Source: Amoebidium appalachense (lineage: Eukaryota; Protista; Ichthyosporea). From it: a DNA stretch of 64,000 nt. The position numbers and the translations under genes are program-made. Numbering within the stretch: position 1 is the stretch's first letter; every line of letters begins with the position of its first letter. The stretch covers positions 367,861 through 431,860 of the forward strand of contig CAVNZM010000018.1 in NCBI GenBank assembly GCA_963693365.1, given 5' to 3'. This document shows, in pieces, positions 18,020 through 30,226 of the stretch. The notes below the pieces were generated by a model. That model had not been told where the DNA came from and made no database searches. It saw only the letters and a program-made list of their open reading frames with translations.

Positions 18020-21000
18020 GCGTGTGTGTTACACTGTTAGACCGATAGATTAGGTGCTTAATAGTTAATCCCCCAAACTACTTTGATACCGGGGGTGTAA
18101 TGGTGTGTGTGTAACTACTTTGATACCAATAGATTGTTTCAACTACCTTCAGACCAACGAATTGTCTCGTTTTTTTTTTTTTTTTTGGGGGGGGGGGTGT
18201 GGGGGTTGTACCTCGAATGTCTCGTTTTGGCGATCGGGGCATGTGCAAAACGGGGGTACCTTCCCGTTCAAATGTTCCAACCAATCACGAGTTGCAAAGT
18301 TGACCGCCTCGGCAAGGTGGGCGCCAGAGGCGAACCCCATGTGGTAGGCCCCAGGCAGGGTGTAAATAAGGTCGCCCGGCCTTTGCTCTGCATGGTAGAC
18401 GTGGATGCTCCTTTTTTCAAACAGCCTCGGGTTCACAAAAATATTCTGTCCCACCCCGGGTGTAAGCACATGATAGTGTGCATGTGTGTGCCCGAATGCC
18501 TTTGGGTGTTCATGTGTGTGCCCGATGCCTTTGTGCCGTGTGTTTGCTTAAGTGCATGTGTGTGCCCGAATGCCTTTGTGCCGTGTGTGTGCATGTGTGT
18601 GCCCGATGCCTTTGTGCCGTGTGTTTGCTTAAGTGCATGTGTGTGCCCGAATGCCTTTGTGCCGTGTGTGTGCATGTGTGTGCCCGAATGCCTTTGTGCC
18701 GTGTGTGGTGCATGTGTGTGCCCGAATGCCTTTGTGCCGTGTGTGTGCATGTGTGTGCCCGAATGCCTTTGTGTCGTGTGTGTGCATGTGTGTGCCCGAA
18801 TGCCTTTGTGCCGTGTCTTTTGCTTAATTTGGCTGCTTACCTTATGCATCATGAACCCAGGGCACGGCTTCTTGGACTTTGCATCCGGATGGATATCCCG
18901 AAGGACCCTTTCGACACGATCTCGACTGCCAGGGCTAATCGAATACCAGTGTTTTCCGTGCGGACCGTCAACCATTAGGTTGAGACTGCCGAAGGCAGCA
19001 TCCTCTGGATGTGGGCCGAACAAACCAAGATAGCGGGACCTGCAAAAGATTGAAACAAAGTCGATTCGATTAGAGGTCGGGAGGGTGAGTGAGGACGGGA
19101 AATCTGTGCGGGCAAGTGAACTATTCTGAATTCTTGTGTGGATATGGGGTAGTCAATTCAAAATTAGAGGTCGGGAGGGTGAGTGAGGACGGGAAATCTG
19201 TGCGGGCAAGTGAACTATTCTGAATTCTTGTGTGTGGATATGGGGTAGTCAATTCAAAATTAGAGGTCGGGAGGGTGAGTGAGGACGGGAAATCTGTGCG
19301 GGCAAGTGAACTATTCTGAATTCTTGTGAGGATTTTTTTTTTTTTTCGGGGGGGGGGGGGGGGGTAGTACTTGTAAAACATGGGAATGCATATCCCGTCG
19401 AGGTGCTGGTATTCATGGATGCGATGAAGAACAGAGTCCAATGTCCTTAAATTGGGCATCCATTTGTAGGTCTCGCTGACCACCTGAATGGGCATGCACT
19501 TAGCTACATAGCTACGGTCCGGAGGCATGGTGCAACTATACAAACGATGCAATGTGCGGGATTGGGGGTCACAAAGGGGAGGTTGCAAGTGCTGAAATGG
19601 TGTGCAGAGCAACTTCGCCCGCTTACCTCGCTGGGGGTGCGTGTGCCAGGTGGAATGCTGTGCTCGTTGGCGTAGTGGAATTCAAACACAGGTTTCCCCA
19701 ACTGATTCCGTTCCTCGGGACGGCTTTCAGGCCAATGCTCGTCCAGCATGTCCCAAAACTCTCTCTCGGACAACGATGCATTGCCCTAATTCACGGGTTG
19801 CAATGTTAGTATAATGTTTAGTCAGGGCATGCGAGGCCGGGGCGTGCAGAAAGTGTCTCTCGGCAGGCCAAGTTTTAAAATCACGCAAACATTGCTAAGT
19901 GTGAGGCCGGGGCGTGCAAAAACAAGCCAAGTAAATTCATGCAAACATTGCTAAGTGTGAGGCCGGGGCGTGCAAAAAGTGTCTCTCGGCAGGCCAAGTA
20001 AATGCAAACATTGCTAGGTGTGAGGCTTCCTCTCCATCCAAAACTCAAGTAACACACCTGTGGGGCCGGTAGGTTACCGTGGTCCAGTTCATGCGTCAGA
20101 GCATATACGTCTTTGTTTTCTGTTGCCTGCAGATTTTGTACGTTGTGGGGTCTGCCGGGCAAATCCAGCTCCTGGGATGCTGCTGCCAGTGCCTCCTTCA
20201 CCTCCTCGGGTAGGACTAGCCTCGCAGCCCCCGCCCTCCTCACGTCGTCATACTTGCCGATTTTGTACAGGAACTGCTCCAGTGTGTACCTCTCCAATAT
20301 GTCAGGTGTCAAGCGAAAGGTTGGAATACGTCTGGAGATGATGGGTGTCGTGGACCGGGGCGATTGGGGTTCGACTGGGAACTTCTCTTCCTGCTCTGTG
20401 TGTGGTGGGTGGTGTGTGTAAATATTGGGAGTTGTGTGTGTGCATGTGTGTGCCCGAATGCCTTTTTGTGTGTGCATGTGTGTGCCCGAATGCCTTTGTG
20501 TGTGTGCATGTGTGTGCCCGAATGCCTTTTTGTGTGTGCATGTGTGTGCCCGAATGCCTTTGTGTGTGTGCATGTGTGTTCCCGAATGCCTTTTTGTGTG
20601 TGCATGTGTGTCACCGAATGCCTTTTTGTGTGTGCATGTGTGTGCCCGAATGCCTTTGTGTGTGTGCATGTGTGTGCCCGAATGCCTTTGTGTGTGTGCA
20701 TGTGTGTGCCCGAATGCCTTTGTGTGTGTGCATGTGTGTGCCCGAATGCCTTTGTGTGTGTGCATGTGTGTGCCCGAATGCCTTTTTGTGTGTGCATGTG
20801 TGTCACCGAATGCCTTTTTGTGTGTGCATGTGTGTGCCCGAATGCCTTTGTGTGTGTGCATGTGTGTGCCCGAATGCCTTTTTGTGTGTGCATGTGTGTC
20901 ACCGAATGCCTTTGTGTGTGTGCATGTGTGTGCCCGAATGCCTTTTTGTGTGTGCATGTGTGTGCCCGAATGCCTTTGTGTGTGTGCATGTGTGTGCCCG

Positions 21001-21149
21001 AATGCCTTTTTGTGTGTGCATGTGTGTCACCGAATGCCTTTGTGTGTGTGCATGTGTGTGCCCGAATGCCTTTTTGTGTGTGCATGTGTGTGCCCGAATG
21101 CCTTTGTGTGTGTGCATGTGTGTGCCCGAATGCCTTTTTGTGTGTGCAT

Positions 21150-21210
<61 letters not shown>

Positions 21211-21944
21211 CAACCTGCAGGCGGCGCCAGCCTCGATAGTGGGCTTGCTACCGCCGCAAATCTGGCCGAGAAATTGTTAAGACGAAGACGTTTGGCAGCC
21301 CACAAGGTGGCAGCCTTCTGGAGAGAAGGGAGTCTGATATAACGAACCCCGCCAAAAAACAGAACGCAATCACGGTCCGTCATGTTTGTTCGAATTGTGT
21401 GACTGAGTTCGAGTCTGTGTGTTGGGTCGTCGTTTATGGAAAGGGAATCCCCCTTTTCGGGTATTGGGCATGTTCTGAGAAGGTAGAGTAACTTGGCAAG
21501 GGTAGGGGTATCCTCGTTGTATTCAGGGCCCGCAGCAAACGTGAACCCGGAGTCGATTGTCTTTCTGTGTATGTCGGCATATGCCCCCAAATCGTAAACT
21601 TCCCAGTCTTTCCCCCCCTGTCTCAGAATTTTCATTACGTTTCCTGGTATCTTTCCGGCTATGAACTTTTCCTCCCTAATTTTCCAGCCTGACTGCTCTC
21701 CTTTCTTGCCTTTTTTGAAAAACATAAGAATTTCGTGTTGCTCGTCCTTGTGTAGAATGGAGAGCCTGACAGGATAATCGGCAGTTTTGTTTCCCACCAA
21801 AACGATGCGTTCTATAGCGTGGACCCGCCCATGTGCAAAAACGTTGTGTGCATCGAAAGAGGTGGAAAAATGAAAAGTTGCACGTTTAGCATATGGGTAG
21901 GCTTGTGTTGTGCCGAGCCATTCTTGAAAATCGGAACCGGCCAT
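17694..21944 (-). CDS. KDM4-like JmjN/JmjC histone demethylase, 7 exons (21944-21215, 20395-20058, 19785-19627, 19483-19371, 19039-18841, 18445-18212, 17750-17694), ~609 aa
   Basis: All six introns are GT-AG with matching phases. JmjN (IPTFRLT...GAARLVLP), EREFW, FGPHPEDAAFGSLN, GKHWY, CPGFMMHK|NIFVNP, QRPGDLIYTLPGAYHMGF...EAVNFATRDW...CTC. Fe ligands (HxE...H) and the KDM4-type Zn site (C, H, CxC) are present. Confidence 0.88.
18477..18815. repeat. ~37-bp minisatellite filling intron 5 of the KDM4-like gene
   Basis: TGTGCCCGAATGCCTTTGTGCCGTGTGTGTGCATGTG units. Confidence 0.9.
19070..19328. repeat. ~95-bp repeat, about 3 copies, filling intron 4
   Basis: TAGAGGTCGGGAGGGTGAGTGAGGACGGGAAATCTGTGCGGGCAAGTGAACTATTCTGAATTCTTGTG occurs three times. 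Confidence 0.9.
20433..21150. repeat. 32-bp minisatellite, ~22 copies, filling intron 1
   Basis: TGTGTGTGCATGTGTGTGCCCGAATGCCTTT(T/G) units. Confidence 0.95.
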
Positions 21945-21994
21945 GTTAATATAATGGTTTGTGCGTGAGCGAATTGTGGTTTGTGTGCAAGCGA

Positions 21995-22195
21995 GTAGTA
22001 GAAAATCTGTCGGGGTAAAAGGAAGTTTTGCTGTGGCTAAAAATGTGTAGCGCTAAGACGTGTAGTAGAAAATCTTTCGGGGTAAAAGGAAGTTTTGCTG
22101 TGGCTAAAAATGTGTAGCGCTAAGACGTGTAGTAGAAAATCTTTCGGGGTAAAAGGAAGTTTTGCTGTGGCTAAAAATGTGTAGCGCTAAGACGT
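21995..22195. repeat. 67-bp repeat x3 upstream of the KDM4-like ATG
   Basis: GTAGTAGAAAATCT(G/T)TCGGGGTAAAAGGAAGTTTTGCTGTGGCTAAAAATGTGTAGCGCTAAGACGT at 21995, 22062, 22129. Confidence 0.9.
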
Positions 22196-23447
22196 GACAG
22201 ACTGTTGCCGGAAGTGAGAGACTGTAGAACCGACGGGTTTGTTCAAGTGCACGCTTGGTCAAATAATTCGAGCATTGGTAATCGAAGTAGGGCAAAAATG
22301 TGTACCCACATATATGTATTTCAATCACTGTCTCGGCCACCGATACCCGTTGCAGTTAGGCTACCACAATGCGAAGATTTGAGATTATTTTTATTGTATG
22401 TGTTTATTTTGTGTACTGTACTTATCCATAAATATATCTTAATACAGCGTCAATAGAAGGCACTGCGTTACAGGCACATCGATGTTTGCTTTGAAAAGCC
22501 TTGCCCCCCTCCAGACAGTTCTCAGAAGTTCACGTGATCCACGAGATACCTCAATCGCTGTCCAACCAATCAAAAAGACACATGACCCCAATCGCTGTCC
22601 AGCCAATCAAAAGGATCCTGAATTCGCGGGTCTTCTGTGTACATATTGTGTATAAACAAAATCATTAATACTTCATTGTAATGATCTTATCCAGAGAAGT
22701 ATAATTTTGAATTTTAATAGATTTGATTGTGATAAAAGAGGGTTTTTATAATCGTTTTGACAGTGGGCGTTAAAAAAAACGGAATAATTCAAAAGCCATC
22801 TCACCGGAGGGGGGGCAAAAAGGGGTGATATTCGAATGACCCGCGGCAACGGCATCCATGTTGATGTTTTTTGTTCGTTGTACACAAGACTTGAATGAAA
22901 TAAATAAAATTATGTAGAAAAACACTTGAATTTTGCATTGATTGTGATGAGTTTTTTAAGAATCCTTTTCACCGGGGCATTAAAATTGTGAAAATGCCCC
23001 AACCAATCCAAGGGCATGCGCATCTTCTAGAAAGCCCATGCCAGAGCTACCCAAAACAAGATGCAGTTGTACCTGTTCGCGCTGTTCCCTATGAATTTAT
23101 TTTCCATGTTGAGCCAAAAACATTACAAGTAAAAAAAAACCTAAAAAAAGCAGTCAAGCCAATTCACGTACTCATAATTTGGACAATCGTCCCGAATCGA
23201 TACCCCATTTCGATCCGCGAGTAAGATGTCTGTTGGAGCTGGGGCTATAAAAAGGCAGTCTAACTGATTTGGGGGTCATTTGTCGATCAAATCCTTTCAC
23301 GCTGTCTAAACCTTACTCGAGGCAAAAATTCCTTTCTTTTGTTCTTGACCCTTTTGTTCTTAACCTTAAGCGTTACCGATTGGGGTTTCTCATTTCGATC
23401 ACTCTCACCTCGAAAATCCTTTCTTTTGTTTTTGAGCGTTACTAGTC

Positions 23448-24332
23448 ATGTCAGAGCCCAAGTCTCCGCATAGTCAAGGGGGTGGGGAGGGGGGTGAGGG
23501 GGAAAAGACCTTCCGTGTTACCCCCGAGATGTGGGACGAGCTTCGTCGGGTCTATGTCACCCCCGAGATGTGGAACGAGCTTTGCAATCGGGTCAATGTT
23601 GTCGAGGAGCAGCTCAAGTCGTTGTCCGTCGACGTCGAGAAGGTTTCGGGGAAAGTTGTTCGCCAGAACGAAGCTCTGCAACGCCAGAACGAGGCTCTAC
23701 AAGAGTCTGCAGCATCGAGTGCGAATGAAGCACAAGAATTGCTCCATCGTATGTCCCGTGGGTACGGTAATGTAGCGGGGCTTGTGCAGCAGCTGAAGGA
23801 GACTCGGGATGCTCTTCAGGCAAGGGAGGTCGAGTTGGCGAGCGTGAGGGCCACGGCTGAAGAGTACAGGCTTCAGCGTGACAGGCTGTCTGCATGTATG
23901 GACGAAAACCCGATGAGTTCTGTGTACAACCCCTCCGACCAGACCCACCGCAAGCCCCCTCCCCCCCGGCCAGCTCAACAAAGCCCCCTGCCCCTCCCGG
24001 CCGGCTCAACAAAGCCCCCTGCCCCTCCCGGCCGTGTCGTTCCGGGACCCCCCCCCCCGCGCTTTTGGGTACCCCTCGCACCACCACCCCGAAGGGTGGT
24101 AAGAGAGGCAGTGACGATGTCGAGCATGACCCCAAGAGACACGCGCCCAGCAAGTAGTGTGTGGTGGGTGGGGGGTGTTTGGGGTATAGTTTTTGCAAGC
24201 AAACTGGGTGTATTGTTGGGGGGGGGGGGGGGGGGGGGGTTACAAACAACCGAGTGTATTTTTTGGGAGAGGGGAGCCACAACGGATGTATTTCGATACT
24301 ATGTAAAACTTATGCAGTGGAAATACAGATAA
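23448..24332 (+). CDS. Coiled-coil and proline-rich protein; 3' end uncertain
   Basis: Upstream TATAAAAAG; VTPEMWxEL duplication; heptad-rich middle. The frame after the C-run at ~24050 may differ (alternative end ...KGGKRGSDDVEHDPKRHAPSK* at 24157). Confidence 0.6.
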   Translation: MSEPKSPHSQGGGEGGEGEKTFRVTPEMWDELRRVYVTPEMWNELCNRVNVVEEQLKSLSVDVEKVSGKVVRQNEALQRQNEALQESAASSANEAQELLHRMSRGYGNVAGLVQQLKETRDALQAREVELASVRATAEEYRLQRDRLSACMDENPMSSVYNPSDQTHRKPPPPRPAQQSPLPLPAGSTKPPAPPGRVVPGPPPPRFWVPLAPPPRRVVREAVTMSSMTPRDTRPASSVWWVGGVWGIVFASKLGVLLGGGGGGGLQTTECIFWERGATTDVFRYYVKLMQWKYR

Positions 24333-24429
24333 ATATATTACATTAAGAAGACACGTGTGCCACCACGGATGTATTTATTTTGTAAAGCTCAGTGGAAATA
24401 CAAATAAATATATAAGCACGTGTTGCCCC

Positions 24430-24983
24430 CCGGCCTCACACGGATGCATTTACTTGGCCCCCGGATTCACCAGCCTCACACTAAGCATTATTTGCATGCA
24501 CGGATGCATTTATTTGCCCCCCTCCCCCCTCCCCCCTCCCGGTCTCTAGCATTATTTGCATGCACGGATGCATTTATTTGCCCCCTCCCCCCTCCCCCCC
24601 CTCCCGGTCTCTAGCATTATTTGCATGCACGGATGCATTTATTTGCCCCCCTCCCCCCTCCCCCCTCCCGGTCTCTAGCATTATTTGCATGCACGGATGC
24701 ATTTATTTGCCCCTCCCCCCTCCCCCTCCCGGTCTCTAGCATTATTTGCATGCACGGATGCATTTATTTACCCCCTCCCCCCTACCCCTCCCGGTCTCTA
24801 GCATTATTTGCACACACGGATGCATTTTTTGTTTCACTTTTTGCATCCCCCGGCCTCACACTTAGCATATATATTTGGCCTCCCGGCCTCACACTTAGCA
24901 TATATATTTGGCCCCCCGGCCTCACACTTAGCCTATATATTTGCCCCCTCCCGGCCTCACACTTAGCATATATATGTGGCCTG

Positions 24984-25034
<51 letters not shown>

Positions 25035-25217
25035 TTTGCATCCCCCGGCCTCACACTTAGCCTATATATTTGCCCCCTCCCGGCCTCACACTTAGCATAT
25101 ATATTTGGCCTCCCGGCCTCACACTTAGCATATATATTTGGCCCCCCGGCCTCACACTTAGCATTTATATTTGCCCCCTCCCGGCCTCACACTTAGCATT
25201 CACATCTGCCCTGCCTG

Positions 25218-25261
<44 letters not shown>

Positions 25262-25345
25262 GAGAGACTTTTTGCCCCCCCCCCCCTCCCCCCGTGCCCC
25301 CCGTGCCCCCCGTGCCCCCCGGAACCACGCCCGGGCAGTGTCTTT

Positions 25346-25380
<35 letters not shown>

Positions 25381-26100
25381 TGCCAGCAAGCCCCCCCCCC
25401 CCCCCGTGCCCCCCGGAACCAACTGTGAGGCCCCCGCCAGTCTCCTCCGCCTCCTCCGCCCCCCCGGCCCCCCAGCCTCCCCTGCTCCCCAGCCCCCCTG
25501 CTGCCGGAACCACGCCCCCAGTGGTGGCATTTAGTTAGGTGTATATACGAATACACGTGCCTCCCCCTCCCCCCAGCCCCCCCTGCTGCCGGAACCACGC
25601 CCCCAGCGGTGCCATGCTTCCCCCACTCTCCCCAGCCCCCCCTGCACGTGTGCCCTCCCAGCCCCCCTCCTCCCGGAACCACGCCCCCAGCGGTGCCATG
25701 CCGCCCCCACTCTCCCCAGCCCCCCTGCACGTGTGCCCTCCCCCTCCTCCCGGAACCAGGCCCCCAGTGGTGGCAGCATATGCCTTTATTAGTCAAACAG
25801 AGCCACCAGAAACTTGCACCACTCTGGTGCCTCATGCACATCTACCTGCTGCACAGGCAACATGCTCTATGCATACATAATACTTTCTCACTGTGGGTGG
25901 CTCGCCAGTCTCGCCCTCCTTGCCCTCCTCGCCAGCATGTGTGCCTCACATATCCGCCCTCTTGCTGGCCTGCCGGAACCACGCCCCCAGTGGTGCCATT
26001 CCCCAGCGGTGCCATGCCTCCCCCACTCTCCCCAGCCCCCCTGCACGTGTGCCCCCCCCCCCCCCCTGCTGCCGGAACCACGCCCCCCAGTGGTGGCAGC
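24430..26100. repeat. Block of three tandem-repeat families adjoining the palindrome
   Basis: ~62-bp CTAGCATTATTTGCATGCACGGATGCATTTATTTG-(C-rich); ~33-bp CCCGGCCTCACACTTAGCATATATATTTG; CCGGAACCACGCCCCCAG(C/T)GGTG family. Confidence 0.85.
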
Positions 26101-26130
26101 CAGTGCCTTACATACTAATCTATTCTATGG

Positions 26131-26221
26131 CCACATGGCCAGATGGCCAGATTGTTTTGACTTCAGGTGGATCCCCCCCCTGCTCACAGACTGAATTTGA
26201 TCTGGCCATCTGGCCATGTGG
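26131..26221. repeat. 22-bp inverted repeat (stem-loop)
   Basis: CCACATGGCCAGATGGCCAGAT ... ATCTGGCCATCTGGCCATGTGG. Confidence 0.8.
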
Positions 26222-26351
26222 GTATAAACCGTTTTCTGTTCTAATATTGGAGAACTGTCGATAGTGATAGAAAATGTCATTGGAAGAACAATCGGGAAGG
26301 TCATCACATGATAGATATTTGGAAGTGATCTACTGGAAAGAGCGAAGCAAT

Positions 26352-26805
26352 ATTGGACTGCTCCCCCTAGTTGAACAGTTTGGGGGGAAAGCCGAAGGCT
26401 CTAAATTCGGATATTCGGGATTTGGTTGTAAGGTTTTACGGGTCGGGCCGAAGGCCTTAACGGGCCGCAGGCCCGCCTATTGGGCCGCCAGGCCCGGGGC
26501 CCCGGGGACCGGGGGCCTCCCCCCACCCACGCGGGCCACCCCCGGCCCGGCCCGGCCCGCGGGGGCACGGGGAGTAGAGCTCTACTCCCCGTGCCCCCGC
26601 GGGCCGGGCCGGGCCGGGGGTGGCCCGCGTGGGTGGGGAGGCCCCCGGTCCCCGGGGCCCCGGGCCTGGCGGCCCAATAGGCGGGCCTGCGGCCCGTTAA
26701 GGCCTTCGGCCCGACCCGTAAAACCTTACAACCAAATCCCGAATATCCGAATTTAGAGCCTTCGGCTTTCCCCCCAAATTGTTCAACTAGGGGGAGCAGT
26801 CCAAT
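26352..26805. repeat. ~454-bp spacerless GC-rich palindrome
   Basis: Centre GTAGAG|CTCTAC at 26579/26580. Arms 228 and 226 bp, differing by one substitution and a 2-nt C-run indel. Confidence 0.97.
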
Positions 26806-27498
26806 TAAGATTCCTTGTAATCTAATTGCTCCATTGTAACAATCGTCCGCCAATCCCTGCGCTGCTATCAAGATCTGTCAAGATCTCCTGAGGCTTACAC
26901 TTTCAAATGAATTATTGACCCATTTTTAACAGATTTTGGAACCAAGCACTCAAATCACGTGGTAATGGTACTGCTTATAATACGTATATACCCCTTATCC
27001 TCTCTCCTCTATGCCCGTACTTCCTTTAAGTTCTTTACGCTCCTAACATCTCCCATGCTTGTTTGTGTGTTTGTGCGTGCGCTTTGTGGGGCACGCCGCA
27101 CGCGTGCGTGGGTGCGTACGTATATGCCTATGTGGGCCCGTGAGTGGGCGTGTGTGCCTGTGTGTGTGCATGTTGTGTATAATTTGTGCGTGTGCGCGTG
27201 TACGTGTGTGCGCTTGTGTGGGCGTGTGCATATGCGTGTGCGTGTGTGCGCGCGTGTGTGTTTGCACGCGCGTCTATGCGCGTGCTTGTCTTTGTGTGTG
27301 TGCGTGTGCGTGCGTGTGTGTGTGTGTGCGTGTGCGTGCTGGTGGTGATAATAAGGGGTGGGTATCAAAACCTATCCATGTGGCCCTCCTTCTCCCGCTC
27401 CCCCGCCCCCCCCCCCTCCGTGCCGCCTCCCACCTCTTTCTCCTCCTCCCTGGCCTCCCCGTGCAGTTGCAATGGTCGGGGCTTTCGTGTCCCCTCAG

Positions 27499-27529
<31 letters not shown>

Positions 27530-27879
27530 TGTGTGTAGTGTGCCGGCCACTGTGTGCTGAGCCTGGGGGGAGGGAGAGGGGGCAAGAGAAAGCGAAGGGG
27601 TAGGGACGGGGTGGTTGAAGGATGGGGTTGTGCCGGAAACTTCCTGATAAACGGTTTTCAGATAACCTGTACGAGTGTTCGCATAGAAAGCTTGTGCTTG
27701 CTATGTGCATCTATTCCCCTGAAACTGCCGGACACGACCATACTAGGACAAGCCGCGCGTGTGTGGGGGGGAGGGGGGGGGGGGGGGGGGGGGGAGGGTG
27801 GATATCACCACGTATGTTGAATTTGCAAACTGCAAGCTCTCTATACCGGTACCGTAAATCCTCTTAGTAGTGTCTGTGT

Positions 27880-28085
<206 letters not shown>

Positions 28086-28191
28086 TTGGTCTATCTATCT
28101 ATCTATCTCTCTTCTCCTCCCTTTCGAGTCTCTATATCGTCGTCTCCTTTCTGTCTTCTCTCGTTCTCTCTCTCTGTGGGGTTGGGGCCCT

Positions 28192-28225
<34 letters not shown>

Positions 28226-29370
28226 CTAGTAATAGGGATAGAGAGCCTTGCGGACAAGCAGCTGGCTGCTGCACATTCAAACATAACATGTTTAGGGGAG
28301 TGGAACTGTTCAAGTTGGGCTGGTTGAAGGGGAAGGGAGAGAGCGGGGGGAGGGGGGAGGAGGAGGGGGGGGGGGGGGGGTTTGCTGGGGGTCCCGAGAT
28401 CTCAAGAGGAGATGCACAGTGTTGAAGTCTATGTATTGCATGTTACCGCTTACGGGTTTCATCGGAGCACAGGCGTGTTTGTGTGCGTACAGTGCAAGGC
28501 GGGAAAGCTGACGGTGCCGGTGTAAGGAAAAGGGAGAGGCTGGTAATAGAAAAGACTCCAAGAAATCACAGTGCTGGAAAAGTACATCCTCTTAGGGGAC
28601 GTAAGGATTCCGCAGGGATGAAGGGGGGGGGGGGGGGGGTACAGGAAAGCAGGCTGTGCAGCCCCAGCCTCCTTGGCCACTATTGTGGTCTCCTGCGTTT
28701 TCAGCAAAGGCGTTTCTGTCCTCCTTTCTATTTTCCGTTCAACATAAAGCCTACGACTTGTGTCAAGAAACGAACCAAGCTCGTTTTGCTTTAGCCCCTC
28801 CACCCAAGTTGCCAAAACCGTGAGGGGAAAAAAAATAAATAAAAAAAAGTTTAGCAAGGTTATCCAAGCATTCAGCCTGTGTAGTTTTAAGTTAGCCAAA
28901 CCTGGCACTGCAGTGTGGTGACGAAAGTTTGACCCGTGAGAAGGTAGCTGTGCCTTTGTCGTGCTCGAGATCTCTGGGCAAACACAAACTACCCCCCCCC
29001 CCCCTCTCCCCACCCGGCTTGTTTTGTTACATCCTTAGGCTTCACATACAGAAAATGCAGGAGCAAAGCACGTAACTTAGACCGTTAACAAAAAGATGGG
29101 GAACGGTAGGGGTAATGATCATGATATCCTCCCGGTACTATATCGTATGTAGGGCCGCCGCGCGCTGTGAATGATCCGCCGCCAAAACTCCTTCGATCGT
29201 CCGCCACGGTGACGTCACCATTCGCAGATGTCAATAGCAAAGCTGTGATATCGAAAGCCGCTATCGACTAATGATATGATCATGAGAGTCATGTGCACTT
29301 CAAGAGTGCACGTGTGACGTTCGCTAATATTTAAGGTTGGGTCCGCTGATTTTTCAACCAGAGTACTGGC

Positions 29371-29837
29371 TTAGTGTCTACAAAAAAAATAGACACTCTG
29401 AGAGGCAAATTCATGTAAGAATTGCACCTTAGCATTCGAACTATACTGAGAGGCAAATTCATGTAATTGCACCGTACCATTTGACAGACTGCCAAACACA
29501 TATTTCACCAAACTTTGTTGTCCATAACTTTTGAGGTATGTAAAAGACCCTATAATGGGCATATGTGAGGAAGGATTATTATTAGATTACTGTATATGGG
29601 TAAAGAAAAGCACACTCCCCGTGATAAGAAACTATTGTACGCCACAATCCAAGACATGACAACATTAATTGCACACCCTGTGTTTGGCAAATTTGGCTGT
29701 ATACATGTACTCACCCCAAACGGATAAATTTTATGCCCGGCTACACGCATCCCCGCCTCACTCGCCCCTCTACCTCTTCCCTTCCACATCGTCTCTGCCC
29801 AATATCCAGCGATATGCGGAGTGGCTGGCGACTCCAC
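29371..29837 (-). pseudogene. Possible degenerate LINE AP-endonuclease fragment
   Basis: RGRGASEAG and FTYLKSYGQQSLVKYVFG resemble APE motifs; frames are disrupted. Confidence 0.25.
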
Positions 29838-30226
29838 CGGAGGTACGGCTGGACCATAGTGTGACTATGAATAGTTTTAAGTCTATGGCTGATAGATACC
29901 TTTTTACTTTACGTGTCGAGCTCGAGTCCCTCCCAGTGTTACTTGTTGGAGTGCAGACTTACGCTCACTCCACTATATGTGTATGTTAGCTTTACAATTG
30001 GTTCCGTGTACATAGACACATGCTGACACTCGATCACCACATGCACATCTGCATCGTTGAGGAATGTTGCCAATTGTGTTTTGACTGCAAACGATTGGTT
30101 CACTGGTCCCAGAGATATCTAAATGAAAGTAACCAATCCGATTAGCGCCTGGCATCCGGATTACATTCCAGACTGCTGCCCCACGGGTATATAAACCACG
30201 GCTCTGCCAGGTGCAGAAATGGAGTT

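Larger units (their letters stand above)
1..26805. mobile_element. Probable right-hand portion of an endogenous giant-virus-like element; left end lies outside the window
   Basis: Compact, mostly intronless ORFs of families typical of large DNA viruses (Zn-repeat endonuclease, SF3 helicase, Bro/KilA-like + T5orf172, IS607-Fanzor2, Cys-rich membrane protein, MYND). Segment ends in tandem repeats and a large palindrome, then microsatellite-rich host-like DNA. No core virion genes; the boundary could be anywhere from ~17 to 26.8 kb. Confidence 0.7.

Noticed and set aside
19881-21342. His/Thr- or Cys/Val-rich zinc-finger-like ORFs
   Set aside because: Translations of the 32-bp intronic minisatellite; only the exon portions are coding.
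26274-26871. Two near-identical opposite-strand ORFs
   Set aside because: Consequence of the GC-rich palindrome.
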